A stretch of DNA of 64,000 nucleotides from an uncultured candidate division Zixibacteria bacterium (GCA_963702205.1 OY969724.1:3104001-3168000), one strand, 5' to 3'; shown: positions 1-10,788, counted from the stretch's first letter. The notes: a model not told the origin generated them from the letters alone. Numbers and translations are program-made.

Positions 1-291
1 CTTCATCCGGCGGTGCTTAAGTTGATGCAGATGACCATCGACGCCGGACGCGCGGCGGGCAAACCGGTCAGTCTTTGCGGCGAGATGGCCGGCGACGTGC
101 TCGCGATACCGCTTCTTATCGGCATGGGCATGGGGACATTGTCGATGAATCCGGCGCGGTTGTACCACGTCTGCAACCTGATAACGCGGTTGAAAATAAG
201 CGACGCGAAAGTGCTCGCCAGCGAGGTGCTTCGCCTGGCGACGGTCAAAGAAGTTGAAAGCCGCCTGCTCGAATTCAACATGGGCATGTAA
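1..291 (+). CDS. ptsI: PEP-protein phosphotransferase (enzyme I), C-terminal fragment
   Basis: LHPAVL...SLCGEMAGD...LLIGMG..LSM C-terminal motif; truncated by the window start. Confidence 0.9.
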   Translation, partial: LHPAVLKLMQMTIDAGRAAGKPVSLCGEMAGDVLAIPLLIGMGMGTLSMNPARLYHVCNLITRLKISDAKVLASEVLRLATVKEVESRLLEFNMGM

Positions 292-311
292 TTAAATCAA
301 CAGGTGACATA

Positions 312-1382
312 ATGAATACACTCGATTCCATAGAAAAAATCAAGACCATTGATAAATCCGGAATGTACGCTAAAATCCACGACTTCCCGGAACAGATCGA
401 ACAAGCGCTCGAAATCGGGCAGAATTTCAAGATCAACCGTGACGACTACGGTGAAATTAGAAATATCATCGTGGCCGGGATGGGTGGCTCGGCTATTGGC
501 GGAGAGTTGGTGCGTTCGTACCTGAACGATAAGTTGACGGTACCTGTTTATATCTGCCGCAATTACAGCCTGCCGGGCTTTGCCGACAAAAATACGCTGG
601 TGGTTGTGTCGTCGTACTCCGGCAATACCGAAGAAACCCTGTCCGCCATGAATGAAGCGATAACCAAAGGATGCTCGATTATATGCCTGACATCGGGCGG
701 TAAGGTCGGCGAGCTGGCGAAAAAGAATCATTACGCTGTGGCGACTCTTCCCCCCGGATACCCGCCGCGCGCGGCGCTGGGGTACTCATTTGTTCCGCTT
801 TTGATGCTGATGTCCAAACTCGGGTTTTGCAGCGATCCCGAAAACGATCTCAAAGAAGTCGCGGCTGGATTGAAATCCTACCGGACTCGCTACTCACTTG
901 AGACGATAACCGACCAAAACCCGGCCAAGAAACTGGCGGTCAAGTTATACGGCAAAATCCCGGTCATATATTCGGGTCCGGACCGGCTCGATGCTGTCGG
1001 AACCCGCTGGAAGGGCCAGATTTGTGAAAACGCCGAAATGCCCGCCTTTTGCAACGTCTTCCCGGAATTCAACCATAACGAGTTGGTCGGCTGGCAGGTT
1101 CTGGGTGATTTTCGTAAGCTGGCAATAGTTATTTACTTACGCGACGCCGAGGACAACGAACGGATCAAAGCCCGGATGGAGACGGTGCGGGAGATACTGG
1201 AGAAAGAAAAGATTGAAATCATAGATATTTTCTCCAATGGCGATTTTACCCTGGGCCGCATGTTTTCGCTGATTCAGCTGGGAGATTTCGCGTCGTTTTA
1301 CCTCGCTATCTTAAATGACGTCGATCCGACCCCGGTCGAAGTCATCGACTATCTGAAAATCAGGCTCTCGCAATTATCCTGA
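312..1382 (+). CDS. Bifunctional phosphoglucose/phosphomannose isomerase (SIS)
   Basis: GMGGSAIGG, SYSGNTEET, ENA, PEFNHNE motifs. Confidence 0.92.
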   Translation: MNTLDSIEKIKTIDKSGMYAKIHDFPEQIEQALEIGQNFKINRDDYGEIRNIIVAGMGGSAIGGELVRSYLNDKLTVPVYICRNYSLPGFADKNTLVVVSSYSGNTEETLSAMNEAITKGCSIICLTSGGKVGELAKKNHYAVATLPPGYPPRAALGYSFVPLLMLMSKLGFCSDPENDLKEVAAGLKSYRTRYSLETITDQNPAKKLAVKLYGKIPVIYSGPDRLDAVGTRWKGQICENAEMPAFCNVFPEFNHNELVGWQVLGDFRKLAIVIYLRDAEDNERIKARMETVREILEKEKIEIIDIFSNGDFTLGRMFSLIQLGDFASFYLAILNDVDPTPVEVIDYLKIRLSQLS

Positions 1383-1460
1383 ACCGTGGCATTCCATACT
1401 TGCCAAGTTAGCCGAAACTATTATATTTATCCGGCTGTTAAAGTATGTTGAGGAAATGAA

Positions 1461-1808
1461 ATGTTGATATCTATATGCAAATCGAAAATACACCGGGCCA
1501 CCGTGACCGAATCCAATTTGAATTACGAGGGTTCGATCACGATCGACGAAGACCTGATGAAGGCCGCCGAAGTTGTCGAGTACGAAAAGGTCCACGTGGT
1601 TAATGTCACCAACGGCGAACGGTTGGAAACCTATGTCATTAAGGGTGAGGCCGGTTCGGGCAAAATTTGCTTAAACGGCGCCGCCGCTCATAAGGGTAAA
1701 CAGGGCGACGTCATAATAATCATATCATATGGTATGGTGGAAAAAGAAAAAGCCGCCGGCCTCAAGCCGAATATCGTCAAAGTCGATAAAAATAATAAAA
1801 AAGTCTGA
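1461..1808 (+). CDS. panD: Aspartate 1-decarboxylase
   Basis: KSKIHRATVT..LNYEGSITID, NGERLETY, LNGAAA. Confidence 0.97.
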   Translation: MLISICKSKIHRATVTESNLNYEGSITIDEDLMKAAEVVEYEKVHVVNVTNGERLETYVIKGEAGSGKICLNGAAAHKGKQGDVIIIISYGMVEKEKAAGLKPNIVKVDKNNKKV

Positions 1809-1819
1809 GATTTTATCCC

Positions 1820-2566
1820 ATGAGCACAAAGACCGCCGCGATAATTCTTGCCGCCGGTAAAGGCAAGAGAATGAAATCCAATTTACCCAAAGTCCTGCAC
1901 AAGGTTAACGGAAAACCTCTGATTCAGATGCTGCTCGAAAACCTCGCCCCGGTGGGGCTGGACAGGATCATTGTCGTGATCGGGCATAAGGGTGAGATGG
2001 TCATGGAGGCGCTTAAGGACATGCCGGTGGAATTCGTCTGGCAGCATAAACAAAAGGGCACCGGGCACGCGGTCCAGATGACCGAAAAAGCTCTTGAAGG
2101 TTTCGACGGGACGGTTCTCGTCGCGACCGGGGATGCGCCTTTTCTAAGGGCTGAAACGGTTAAAAGTCTTTTTGCCATCCATGGAAAAAATAAGGCCGCG
2201 GCAACCTGCCTGTCGGCCGAATTCGATGACCCGACCGGATACGGACGAATAATACGCAAAGACGATACCGATATACTGCTCGATATAGTCGAACATAATG
2301 ACGCCTCGGAAGATATAAGAAAAATCCATGAAATCAATTCCGGGACTTTCTGTTTCGACGGCCGGCAGATGTTCAAAGCCCTGCGCGAAGTGGGCGATGA
2401 CAACGCCCAGAAGGAATTTTACCTGACCGACACGATAAAGATAATTCAAGGCTGGAATATGATTTGTGCCGTAGTGAAGGCCGACGATCCGATGGAAGCG
2501 GTGGGCATAAACTCGGTCAAGCAGCTCGATGAAGCCGAATCGGCGCTTTCGCAAAGAAAATTATGA
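1820..2566 (+). CDS. GlmU-like nucleotidyltransferase, uridyltransferase domain only
   Basis: LAAGKGKRMKS.LPKVLH, GTGHAV, GYGRI, EINSG, EFYLTD; no hexapeptide acetyltransferase domain. Confidence 0.85.
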   Translation: MSTKTAAIILAAGKGKRMKSNLPKVLHKVNGKPLIQMLLENLAPVGLDRIIVVIGHKGEMVMEALKDMPVEFVWQHKQKGTGHAVQMTEKALEGFDGTVLVATGDAPFLRAETVKSLFAIHGKNKAAATCLSAEFDDPTGYGRIIRKDDTDILLDIVEHNDASEDIRKIHEINSGTFCFDGRQMFKALREVGDDNAQKEFYLTDTIKIIQGWNMICAVVKADDPMEAVGINSVKQLDEAESALSQRKL

Positions 2567-2700
2567 TCCTGAGGCGGGCGAAATCGTATAAATTTCAGGT
2601 AAGATATTGTGTGTCAATGAACCGCAATTATAAAGAAAAGGATTGACAAAAGTCAAAAACCTTTATTCTTTATAGTTGAAGCCGCACTACGAGGGGTTTT

Positions 2701-3165
2701 ATGTTAAAAAGAATTATATTTATAGCGTTGACGCTGTTTCTACTTTCAGTCTCTTTGCAGGCGCAAATGGCTGACAAAGTGGAACTTAACTCGATCCAGA
2801 AAGACTACCTCGGGTTCAAACCGGCCGACAAGCCGTTTGCCCTGCTCGATTTGTCCCGTCTCCACTGGTCGAGTTCATATTCTTTTTCATATTTATCCGG
2901 CGGCGGATATTCTGGTTCGGTAGGCGTTTATACCGCCAGCTTCCTTTATGAGTTCTCCCCCTCCCTGCTGATGCACATGGATGTGGGCCTGGCCCACAAT
3001 CCGGGTGCTTTGATGGACAGATCGGTCGGACTTGATGCCTCGGTATTGACGAATGTAAGGCTCGATTACCAGCCCTCGAAACATTTCTTCATGTCGGTAG
3101 GATTCAGTACGTACCCGGGTTCCAACGGCTATCGACCTGTCTATTGGCCGTACTACGGCCCCTAA
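2701..3165 (+). CDS. Secreted hypothetical protein, possibly a small outer-membrane beta protein
   Basis: Signal peptide, alternating aromatic beta-like strands, GAGG RBS. Confidence 0.7.
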   Translation: MLKRIIFIALTLFLLSVSLQAQMADKVELNSIQKDYLGFKPADKPFALLDLSRLHWSSSYSFSYLSGGGYSGSVGVYTASFLYEFSPSLLMHMDVGLAHNPGALMDRSVGLDASVLTNVRLDYQPSKHFFMSVGFSTYPGSNGYRPVYWPYYGP

Positions 3166-3195
3166 TAAGGAGGGGACTAACCGCCCATCCCGCAT

Positions 3196-3723
3196 GTGAA
3201 GGTATTGAAAAACCAAACATTGAGCAGAACATCCAGAAAAACCACATCCACCGCACGCAGATCTTTCCGGGACAAAAAAAGTTCGCGATTTTTGGAAATG
3301 GCCATCGTCGCCATTTTCGCTCTGGTTTTTATTTACGGAGCGAGTTTCGCGATCCGGATTACCCACGGCTTCTCCAAAACGGTTGATATGCCCGAATACA
3401 GTATTCGCCTGCAGATACTCAACGGATGCGGTCAGAACGGGGTGGCATCGAAATTGGCCCAGAAGATACCGGCCGTAATCGGGCTGCCGCTCGAAGTTTC
3501 CGTGCTTGAAGTCGGGGACTTCGACTCATACGACGTAAAGAATACTTTTATAATTTCGCGCGACAAAGACATTTCACAATCCGAAGCTTTTGCAAAGCAG
3601 CTCGGCATTGAAAGCGAAGTTTTATACAGACCACTGGAAGATAACTACCGGGGCATTACGACGACCCTGGTCATCGGCGAAGACTACGCTGCACTGACGG
3701 ACAAGGACAAACAGGAGAAATAA
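3196..3723 (+). CDS. LytR C-terminal domain membrane protein
   Basis: One TM helix, ILNGCGQNGVA motif, LVIGED end. Confidence 0.8.
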   Translation: MKVLKNQTLSRTSRKTTSTARRSFRDKKSSRFLEMAIVAIFALVFIYGASFAIRITHGFSKTVDMPEYSIRLQILNGCGQNGVASKLAQKIPAVIGLPLEVSVLEVGDFDSYDVKNTFIISRDKDISQSEAFAKQLGIESEVLYRPLEDNYRGITTTLVIGEDYAALTDKDKQEK

Positions 3724-3732
3724 AGAACCGGA

Positions 3733-4080
3733 TTGAAAACGACACCGCTTGTAATCGCCCGCGAGGCGGGCAAACTCGCCCTTTCCAAGAAAGGCAATAA
3801 TGTCAAGATTCTCAAAATTAAGAACATATCCAATATATGCGATTATTTTGTCATTGCCAGCGGCGATGTTGACGTACACGTGAAGGCTATTGCCGACGCC
3901 GTCTATGACGGGCTTCTCGAAAAGGGCATGAAACCATGGCATCGCGAGGGGACAAAAGGAGGGAAATGGATTTTACTCGATTATATCGATGTTGTGGTTC
4001 ATGTATTTCTTGAATCGGCGCGTGATTTTTACGCGCTCGAAAAACTTTGGGGCGACGCCCCAACCGAGGAACTCAAGTAG
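3733..4080 (+). CDS. rsfS: Ribosome silencing factor
   Basis: DYFVIASG, WILLDY.DVVVHVF, RDFYALEKLW. Confidence 0.95.
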   Translation: MKTTPLVIAREAGKLALSKKGNNVKILKIKNISNICDYFVIASGDVDVHVKAIADAVYDGLLEKGMKPWHREGTKGGKWILLDYIDVVVHVFLESARDFYALEKLWGDAPTEELK

Positions 4081-4131
4081 TTCCATCTGCCGTGTAAGAC
4101 AAAAAATAATTCCAAATAAAGCGAGTTTGTT

Positions 4132-5400
4132 ATGAATAAGACACAGGTTATTGAAAACGCTGACCTTAAAACCAAGACGATTGCGGAACTGACGCAGGTC
4201 GCCGAAGCTCTCGATATTCCGGGCATTTCCGGTTTGCGAAAGCAGGAACTCATCTACAAGATCATGGAGGCCACCACGGCCAAAGAAGAGGGCATGATTT
4301 TCGCCGAAGGCGTGCTGGAGATTTTATCCGAAGGCTACGGCTTTCTGCGCAGCCCCAATTACAATTATCTGCCGGGGCCGGACGACATCTATGTCTCCCC
4401 GTCGCAGATCAAACGCTTCGACCTGCGCACCGGCGATACCATCTCCGGGCAGGTTCGTCCGCCGAAAGATAACGAGCGATATTTCGCGCTTTTGAAAATC
4501 GAAGCCATCAACTTCGAGGATCCCGATATCGCCAAGCACAAAACGCTGTTCGACAACCTGACTCCCCTTTACCCCAACGATCCGTTCAAGCTGGAGGTCA
4601 ACGCCGACGATTTGACGACGCGTATCATGGACCTCATGACGCCGATCGGTAAGGGTCAGCGCGCGCTGATCACGTCGCCGCCCAAGGCCGGCAAGACGAT
4701 CATTCTTCAAAAAATCGCCAACTCGATCACGACCAATCACCCCGAAGTGAAACTGATCGTACTATTGATCGACGAGCGTCCCGAAGAAGTTACCGACATG
4801 CGCCGTTCGGTCAACGGTGAAGTGATCTCCTCGACGTTCGATGAACCGGCCGACCGTCACGTGCAGGTAGCCGATATGGTTCTAGAAAAAGCCAAGCGGC
4901 TGGTCGAGCACCGCAACGACGTGGTCATCCTGCTCGACAGTATTACCCGTCTGGCTCGTGCCCACAACGCGGTCGTGCCGCATTCCGGCAAGATTCTCTC
5001 CGGCGGTGTCGACAGTAACGCCCTGCACAAACCAAAACGCTTTTTCGGCGCGGCGCGAAATATCGAAGAAGGCGGTTCGCTGACCATCATCGGGACGGCC
5101 CTGATCGAAACCGGCTCGCGCATGGACGAGGTCATTTTCGAAGAATTTAAGGGCACCGGTAACCTTGAAATGGTCATGGATCGTCGGCTGTCAGACCGGA
5201 GAATTTTCCCGGCCATGGATATCAACCGCAGTTCCACGCGAAAGGAAGAGCTGCTCATGCCGCAGGACGTCCTGATGAAAGTCTGGATTCTGCGCAAGTT
5301 CCTGGCCGAAATGAGCCCGATCGAAGCGATGGAATTCCTGATCGACCGCATGAAGAAGACCAAGAACAACCAGAAGTTCCTGGCGTCGATGAAGGATTAA
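4132..5400 (+). CDS. rho: Transcription termination factor Rho
   Basis: [37 protein letters not shown]. Confidence 0.99.
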   Translation: MNKTQVIENADLKTKTIAELTQVAEALDIPGISGLRKQELIYKIMEATTAKEEGMIFAEGVLEILSEGYGFLRSPNYNYLPGPDDIYVSPSQIKRFDLRTGDTISGQVRPPKDNERYFALLKIEAINFEDPDIAKHKTLFDNLTPLYPNDPFKLEVNADDLTTRIMDLMTPIGKGQRALITSPPKAGKTIILQKIANSITTNHPEVKLIVLLIDERPEEVTDMRRSVNGEVISSTFDEPADRHVQVADMVLEKAKRLVEHRNDVVILLDSITRLARAHNAVVPHSGKILSGGVDSNALHKPKRFFGAARNIEEGGSLTIIGTALIETGSRMDEVIFEEFKGTGNLEMVMDRRLSDRRIFPAMDINRSSTRKEELLMPQDVLMKVWILRKFLAEMSPIEAMEFLIDRMKKTKNNQKFLASMKD

Positions 5401-5411
5401 TCCGGACTGAA

Positions 5412-7032
5412 TCAGGAAATATCGGAGGGATCGCTGACGATCCCTTTTATGGCCGAAAGGGCCGCCGTCGCCGCGGATACCGAATAGACGGTACTCCCCC
5501 CAACAATATCAAGGTCGAAATCGCCCTGTCCGAAAGTGGTCAGGCAGACCTCGCCGCTTGACGGTCGGATTTGATTTAAGAAAAATTCGCCGGCACTGCC
5601 GGGATTCATGACGATCGCGCCAGCTTCCAAAAACGCCCGAATCAGACCTTTCTTGACTGCCTCAAGATATATAGGTACGCGACCCGGGAAAGATGTACAG
5701 CTGCGTCTCGCGGTGGACCTGATGGCCTTTGATAATATCCGCCGCCGTCCTGAGATCTTCGAACCGGCCGGTCGTGGCCGAACCGATGATGACGTGATGC
5801 ACAGGTACCTGGACCATTTCTTCGACCGATTTGACGGTGGCGTCGGGGTACGGCCCGATTATCTGAGGCCTGATCTGATCGATGTTTATTTCGTACGATT
5901 CATTGTACACGGCATCCTTGTCGGACAGCGCCGGGCGGAACGGCATGTGCGTCCGGTTCACGAAATAGCGTCGGGTGACGGTATCGAAGGGGCATATAGT
6001 CGTCACCGCCCCGATTTCCTTGGCGATTGTACTTAAGGCAACTCGGTCGGAGATGGACATCTGCGTCACGGCCGTGCCGTAAAATTCGACGGCTTTGCCC
6101 TTCGCGCCGTTCGAGGAGAGCTTGCGCACGATGAACATGGCCACGTCGCGGGCGCACACACCCTGGGGCATTTTCCCGTTGATTATGATCTTGATCGTAT
6201 CCGGAACGATCACGGAATAATTACCGTTGGCCCAGACGGCGGCCATGGCGGGGATGTCGATCTTGATTCCGCAGGCACCGACGGCACCGTACACGGTGGT
6301 CAAAGTATCCGTGCCCAACGCCACCTGGCCGGGCAGCACCAGCCCTTTTTCGATGACAACCTGATGACACACCCCCTCGCGGAAATCGTAGAAGTGCTTG
6401 ATATTCTGCACGCGCACGAAATCGCGGATGGTTTTCTGGTATCCGGCGTGATTGTTATCGGAAAGACGCGAGCGCCAATCCAACGGGATGGCGATCCGGT
6501 TGGCGTTCCAGACGTGGCTGTGGCCGTTGCTTTTAAAAGCGGCGATCACTTCCACGGCGTTGATGTGTGCCATGACCAGGTCGGGCTCGAACGTGACGGT
6601 CTCCCCCGGTGTTATCGATTCACGCCCCGAAGCGCTCGTCATGATTTTTTGTATTATGGTTCGCTGGCCGAAGAGGTGCTTTTTGCCTGCTTTTTTGGCC
6701 GGAGCTCCGAGGTCCAGTTCGAGCTGCTCAAGTTTAAGAAAAGCCGGCTTTTGTTTTATATTATAGCGCCGCCGCCAGTTATAGAAGGCCGCCTTGGAAA
6801 GACTCAGTTCCAGCCCGCAGCGGTAGTCGTCGCCATAACGCTCCCAAAGTTCTTTGATTTCCGCTTCCGAAAACTTCGGAAACGAATGTTTGGGGATATT
6901 TTTTTTGCGACGCCAATAGGCCACCAACTGAGGAGAAACGTTACCGAGACGCTCGGCAATCTTCTCGTCGGTTTTATATAATTTTTGAAGCTGGATCAGC
7001 TCCGCTTTGGTCGGGATTTTCCGCCGGGGCAT
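5412..7032 (-). CDS. Tandem HTH-like repeats fused to a degenerate LeuC/HacA (aconitase-family) domain; one-base frameshift at ~5674
   Basis: GVCHQV, GKAVEFYG, GRFEDLR motifs. Removing one C after GTAC joins ORF 5662-7032 to ORF 5412-5630 (..SRTIYLEAVKKGLIRAFLEAGA..), giving about 539 aa. Confidence 0.85.
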
Positions 7033-7517
7033 ACCTCGTCAAACCCTTTTTTAAGCATCCCGTAAATCAAATCGTGCCCGAAAGAAACCACCCTCGTTTT
7101 GCCTACGACCGGCATATAGCTGGTATCCTCAGGCCAGCGCGGGACGACGTGCATGTGCATATGGCCGGGGACACCGGCTCCCGAACCGCGACCCATGTTC
7201 ATACCAATATTGAACGATTCGGGGTGGAGTGCTTTCTTTATCGCTTTGACGGTCAGTTGTAAAGTCTGCATCATTTCCAGGGATTCCTCGTCATCAAGAC
7301 GGAGCACGGTGCCGGTATGATGGTATGGTACGACCATGACGTGCCCGGAGTTGTACGGGTACTTGTTCATTATGACGAAAGTCCTGATACCCCTGTAGAC
7401 GATTAAAGCTTTTTTGTCATTTTTCATTTTGAGGGCATTACAGAAAATACATCCTTTTTCCCTGGGGCCAAGAATGTATTCCGCCCGTTCGGGAGCCCAC
7501 AGATATTTTTCGCGCAT
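6996..7517 (-). CDS. HIT-family nucleotide hydrolase
   Basis: LWAP, CIFC, NKYPYNSGH, HMHMHVVPRW. Confidence 0.95.
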   Translation of the reverse strand: MREKYLWAPERAEYILGPREKGCIFCNALKMKNDKKALIVYRGIRTFVIMNKYPYNSGHVMVVPYHHTGTVLRLDDEESLEMMQTLQLTVKAIKKALHPESFNIGMNMGRGSGAGVPGHMHMHVVPRWPEDTSYMPVVGKTRVVSFGHDLIYGMLKKGFDEVCPGGKSRPKRS

Positions 7518-7592
7518 GAAATGAAGATAAAGAAAATCCGGGCGGATGCCAAATGGTTTCGCGGTTTCTGTGAAAAAACGATCGATTTACGC

Positions 7593-7620
7593 AAAAAAAA
7601 GCCCCTCGCGGACGAGGAGC
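7593..7620 (-). terminator. Rho-independent terminator
   Basis: GCTCCTCG-TCCG-CGAGGGGC hairpin followed by T8 on the minus strand. Confidence 0.75.
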
Positions 7621-7657
7621 GTAAATCAAAAGAAAAACCTATCGGGAAAACGAGCTT

Positions 7658-7726
7658 TCAGCTTTTTTCCTTCTTTTGTTTTTTTGGTTTTTTCTTTTCT
7701 TTCTTAACCGGCACTTTTCCGGGCAT
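7658..7726 (-). CDS. 22-aa Lys-rich small protein MPGKVPVKKEKKKPKKQKKEKS
   Basis: GGAGG RBS 9 nt upstream and its own terminator downstream; not in the supplied ORF track. Confidence 0.6.
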   Translation of the reverse strand: MPGKVPVKKEKKKPKKQKKEKS

Positions 7727-7817
7727 AGCGTTCAGCCTCCCAATCAAAGTTGATTGTCTTTTATAGGTACTACAATATTATACCGGTCGGCAACAAAAAG
7801 ATTTAAAAATCTTCGGA

Positions 7818-10751
7818 TCAGTGAATCGTATTCAGATTCTTGAGATCGATATCATACTGCTTGATTTTCAGGCGCAGGGTCGATTCGGGAATATTCAAAA
7901 AGGCCGCGGCGTGCTTCTTTATTCCACCCTGGTTGCGCAGGGCCTGAACAATAAACCTTTTTTCGTATTCGGCCAGATAATCATACAGAGAAAATTCTTT
8001 ATTGAAATTTATATTAGTGTCGATATCGAGGTTCTCAGCTTCAAACGACTCGTTCTGGGCCAGTATTTTGCCCGACAGCAGCGACGGTTCCACCGGCCCG
8101 GATTCTCCGGCGAGCAACACCAGTTTTTTGACTTCGTTTTCCAGTTCACGGACGTTGCCGGGCCATTCAAAGGCCACCATGTATCTCAGAGTTTCCGGCG
8201 CGAATTTGACCCGTCCTTCGGCGAAATGATTCACCAGCAGCGGAATGTCTTCTTTTCTCTCGCGGAGCGGCGGAATTCGGAAACAAAGCGCCGTCAGGCG
8301 ATAATACAAATCGGAACGGAACCGGCCGCCTTCCATCTCGGTCTTGAGGTCTTTGTTAGTAGCCGAGATAATGCGCACGTCGACCTTGCGCGGCCTGGTT
8401 TCGCCCAGGCGGACGATTTCTTTTTCTTCGAGGATACGCAGGACTTTGGCCTGTATTGAAAGCGGCATATCGGCGATTTCATCGAGGAAAAACGTCCCGC
8501 CGTCGGCTTCTTCGAAAAGACCGGTTTTATCCCGGTCGGCCCCAGTGAAGGCGCCTCTCTTGTGACCGAACAACTCCGATTCCAGAAGCGTTTCCGGCAG
8601 TGCGGCACAGTTCACGGAAATGAAGCGTTTCTCCTTGCGGTTGGAGCTGTAATGGATGGTTTTGGCCAGCAGGTCTTTCCCGCAACCGGTCTCGCCGGTG
8701 ATGGAAATGGAAATGTTCGAATCGACCACCTGCTGAACACGCGACAGCATCTCCAGCAAGGCCTTATTGCGAGTCAAAATATTCGGGAATACGGCTTCTT
8801 CCAGCAGTTGGGCCTTCAGCCGCTTGTTGTCTTCTTCGAGCAGGACTTTGTCGTATTCGGCGACTTTGAATGAAATCAGGTCGGCAAAACCGACCACGAA
8901 ATTAAGTTCATTTTGTCCGAACGGAGCCAGATTGCCGTTGGATGACTGCCGGTCCAGATAAATATACCCGGTGACCTCTCCGCCCAGAAGAAGCGGCGTT
9001 ACGATCACGGTCGATACGGCTTTGTCGGCGTCGGCTTTCAGCAGTTCATTGATGAACGGATCGCGACGGCAGTCAAGCAGAAGGGTCGGCTTGTCGGTAT
9101 TGATCTCTTCACCGAGCAAATCGGCCAATTGCTGGACAAATTTCTTTTTCTGGTGATCCGTCAACTGGACGCTTGAAAACAGCTGCGAGCCGTTTTCGTT
9201 TTTCGTATTGTAGACAATAATCCTGTGGGCTCCGGTCCTCTTCGACAGGATATTTATGATCTCCTCAATTTGGCCTGATTTTAATTCCCGGTATTCCGAA
9301 TCGGAGAAGTAATCGCCAAAAATTTTGAATTCGTTTTCAGAGGAGACCGACAGCTCGACCGCCTTACGCGACAAGTCCTGCAGGTAGTGCCGAACGCTCC
9401 TGATTTTAGCTCGCTCGGAAATCTTATCGAAAATCGCCTCGGCTTCGTGCAGTTTGCGGAATCCGAAGGAAATGTCGCCTTTCTGACAGAAATATACACC
9501 CTGATGGAAACGCACCTCGGCCGACCAGTAAAATAGTTTCAGCTTGTTGAACAGCCTGAAGGCCTCGTCGAAAGTCTTTTCAATTTTGCTTCGGGATTTG
9601 TTGCCACAGTTGATATAAATCTGTGCCAGGGTCATCAGTGAACGGGCGATGTCATATTGATCGCCGACCTTGCGGAGCACGTCGAGTCCGTCGAGGGCGT
9701 GATCCACGGCGTTATCGTGATCGCCCCGCAACGAGAATATTCTGGCGATGAGCATCTGGCTCAGCCCGATTTCGCTCGCTTCACCGAGTTTATTGGCCAC
9801 GTCGAGAGCCTTCTGGGCCAGCTTGAGGGCGTCCTCGTGATTGTCGAGTTCCATTTCGATCTGGGCCAGGCGACGGGTGTTCTGCGAAACCATATTGGAA
9901 TCGGGGGCGATGTTGCGCGCTTCGGCGCAGGCCTCGGTAATGATGCCCTTGGCCTTGATTACGTCACCCATTTCGAGAGCCAGCTCGCCTTCGTATTCCT
10001 TGAGGATATTTTCGTCGAGCGGACTGGGATAATCCTTAAGAAGAAGGGCCGCCGATTTTAATTCTCGCGAGGCCATGATGAACTGCCTTTGTCTCAGGTA
10101 AAGATACCCGAGAGACAGATGACCCCGAATAATTGAAATCGTCCGGCCCATTTCGTGAGCCAGCCGGGTAGCGTCGCGCAAATGGCTTTCGGCTTCCGCC
10201 CAGTTCCCGTTGAAAATCTCGATGCGGCCGAGATTACCAACGAGGCGAATCATCCGAAGATTCTCGCCACGGGCGAGTTCGATGGCTTCCATGACGTGCT
10301 TTTTCGCGAGAGCGAAATCGCTCTGGTCATAGGCCAGACGACCCATGCCGCTAAGGGCATCGATCATGCCCTCGCGATCATCACATCGACGGAACGAGGC
10401 ATAAGCATCGCGGACGTGGATTTCAGCTTCGCGCATTTTGCCGATATCGGCATATGCCTTATACAGGAGCCACTGAACTCGTCCGACACGTTTATGATAA
10501 GCGGTGGAGGCGAGCAGGCGGTAAGCGTCCTCGCCGAAAGATACAGCCTTATCATAATCGCCGCCCAGCAAGTAAAAATTGGCAACCAGCGATTTGAAAA
10601 GCCCTGTGCTCTCCGGCCCGGGTTCATAACCCGAGGAGATCAGGCTTTCAATCTGCTGCCCTGCGATCTCGGACTTTCCCTGACGATACAGTTCCTCAAT
10701 TTCCAATAGTCCGGTATCGAGGGTATTTTTAGGGTTTGAGGCAAGGTTCAT
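7818..10751 (-). CDS. Sigma54 enhancer-binding protein: N-terminal TPR array, GAF-like domain, AAA+ and HTH
   Basis: GETGCGKD, ESELFGH, GAFTGA, FLDEI, WPGNVREL, Fis-type HTH; about 450 aa of helical TPR-like repeats. Confidence 0.93.
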   Translation of the reverse strand: MNLASNPKNTLDTGLLEIEELYRQGKSEIAGQQIESLISSGYEPGPESTGLFKSLVANFYLLGGDYDKAVSFGEDAYRLLASTAYHKRVGRVQWLLYKAYADIGKMREAEIHVRDAYASFRRCDDREGMIDALSGMGRLAYDQSDFALAKKHVMEAIELARGENLRMIRLVGNLGRIEIFNGNWAEAESHLRDATRLAHEMGRTISIIRGHLSLGYLYLRQRQFIMASRELKSAALLLKDYPSPLDENILKEYEGELALEMGDVIKAKGIITEACAEARNIAPDSNMVSQNTRRLAQIEMELDNHEDALKLAQKALDVANKLGEASEIGLSQMLIARIFSLRGDHDNAVDHALDGLDVLRKVGDQYDIARSLMTLAQIYINCGNKSRSKIEKTFDEAFRLFNKLKLFYWSAEVRFHQGVYFCQKGDISFGFRKLHEAEAIFDKISERAKIRSVRHYLQDLSRKAVELSVSSENEFKIFGDYFSDSEYRELKSGQIEEIINILSKRTGAHRIIVYNTKNENGSQLFSSVQLTDHQKKKFVQQLADLLGEEINTDKPTLLLDCRRDPFINELLKADADKAVSTVIVTPLLLGGEVTGYIYLDRQSSNGNLAPFGQNELNFVVGFADLISFKVAEYDKVLLEEDNKRLKAQLLEEAVFPNILTRNKALLEMLSRVQQVVDSNISISITGETGCGKDLLAKTIHYSSNRKEKRFISVNCAALPETLLESELFGHKRGAFTGADRDKTGLFEEADGGTFFLDEIADMPLSIQAKVLRILEEKEIVRLGETRPRKVDVRIISATNKDLKTEMEGGRFRSDLYYRLTALCFRIPPLRERKEDIPLLVNHFAEGRVKFAPETLRYMVAFEWPGNVRELENEVKKLVLLAGESGPVEPSLLSGKILAQNESFEAENLDIDTNINFNKEFSLYDYLAEYEKRFIVQALRNQGGIKKHAAAFLNIPESTLRLKIKQYDIDLKNLNTIH

Positions 10752-10788
10752 AATAGTACTTCGGTTAAATGGCTTTCCTTACATCATA

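Noticed and set aside
5662..5664. TGA as selenocysteine in the LeuC-like gene
   Set aside because: The continuation is in a different frame and this is not a Cys position
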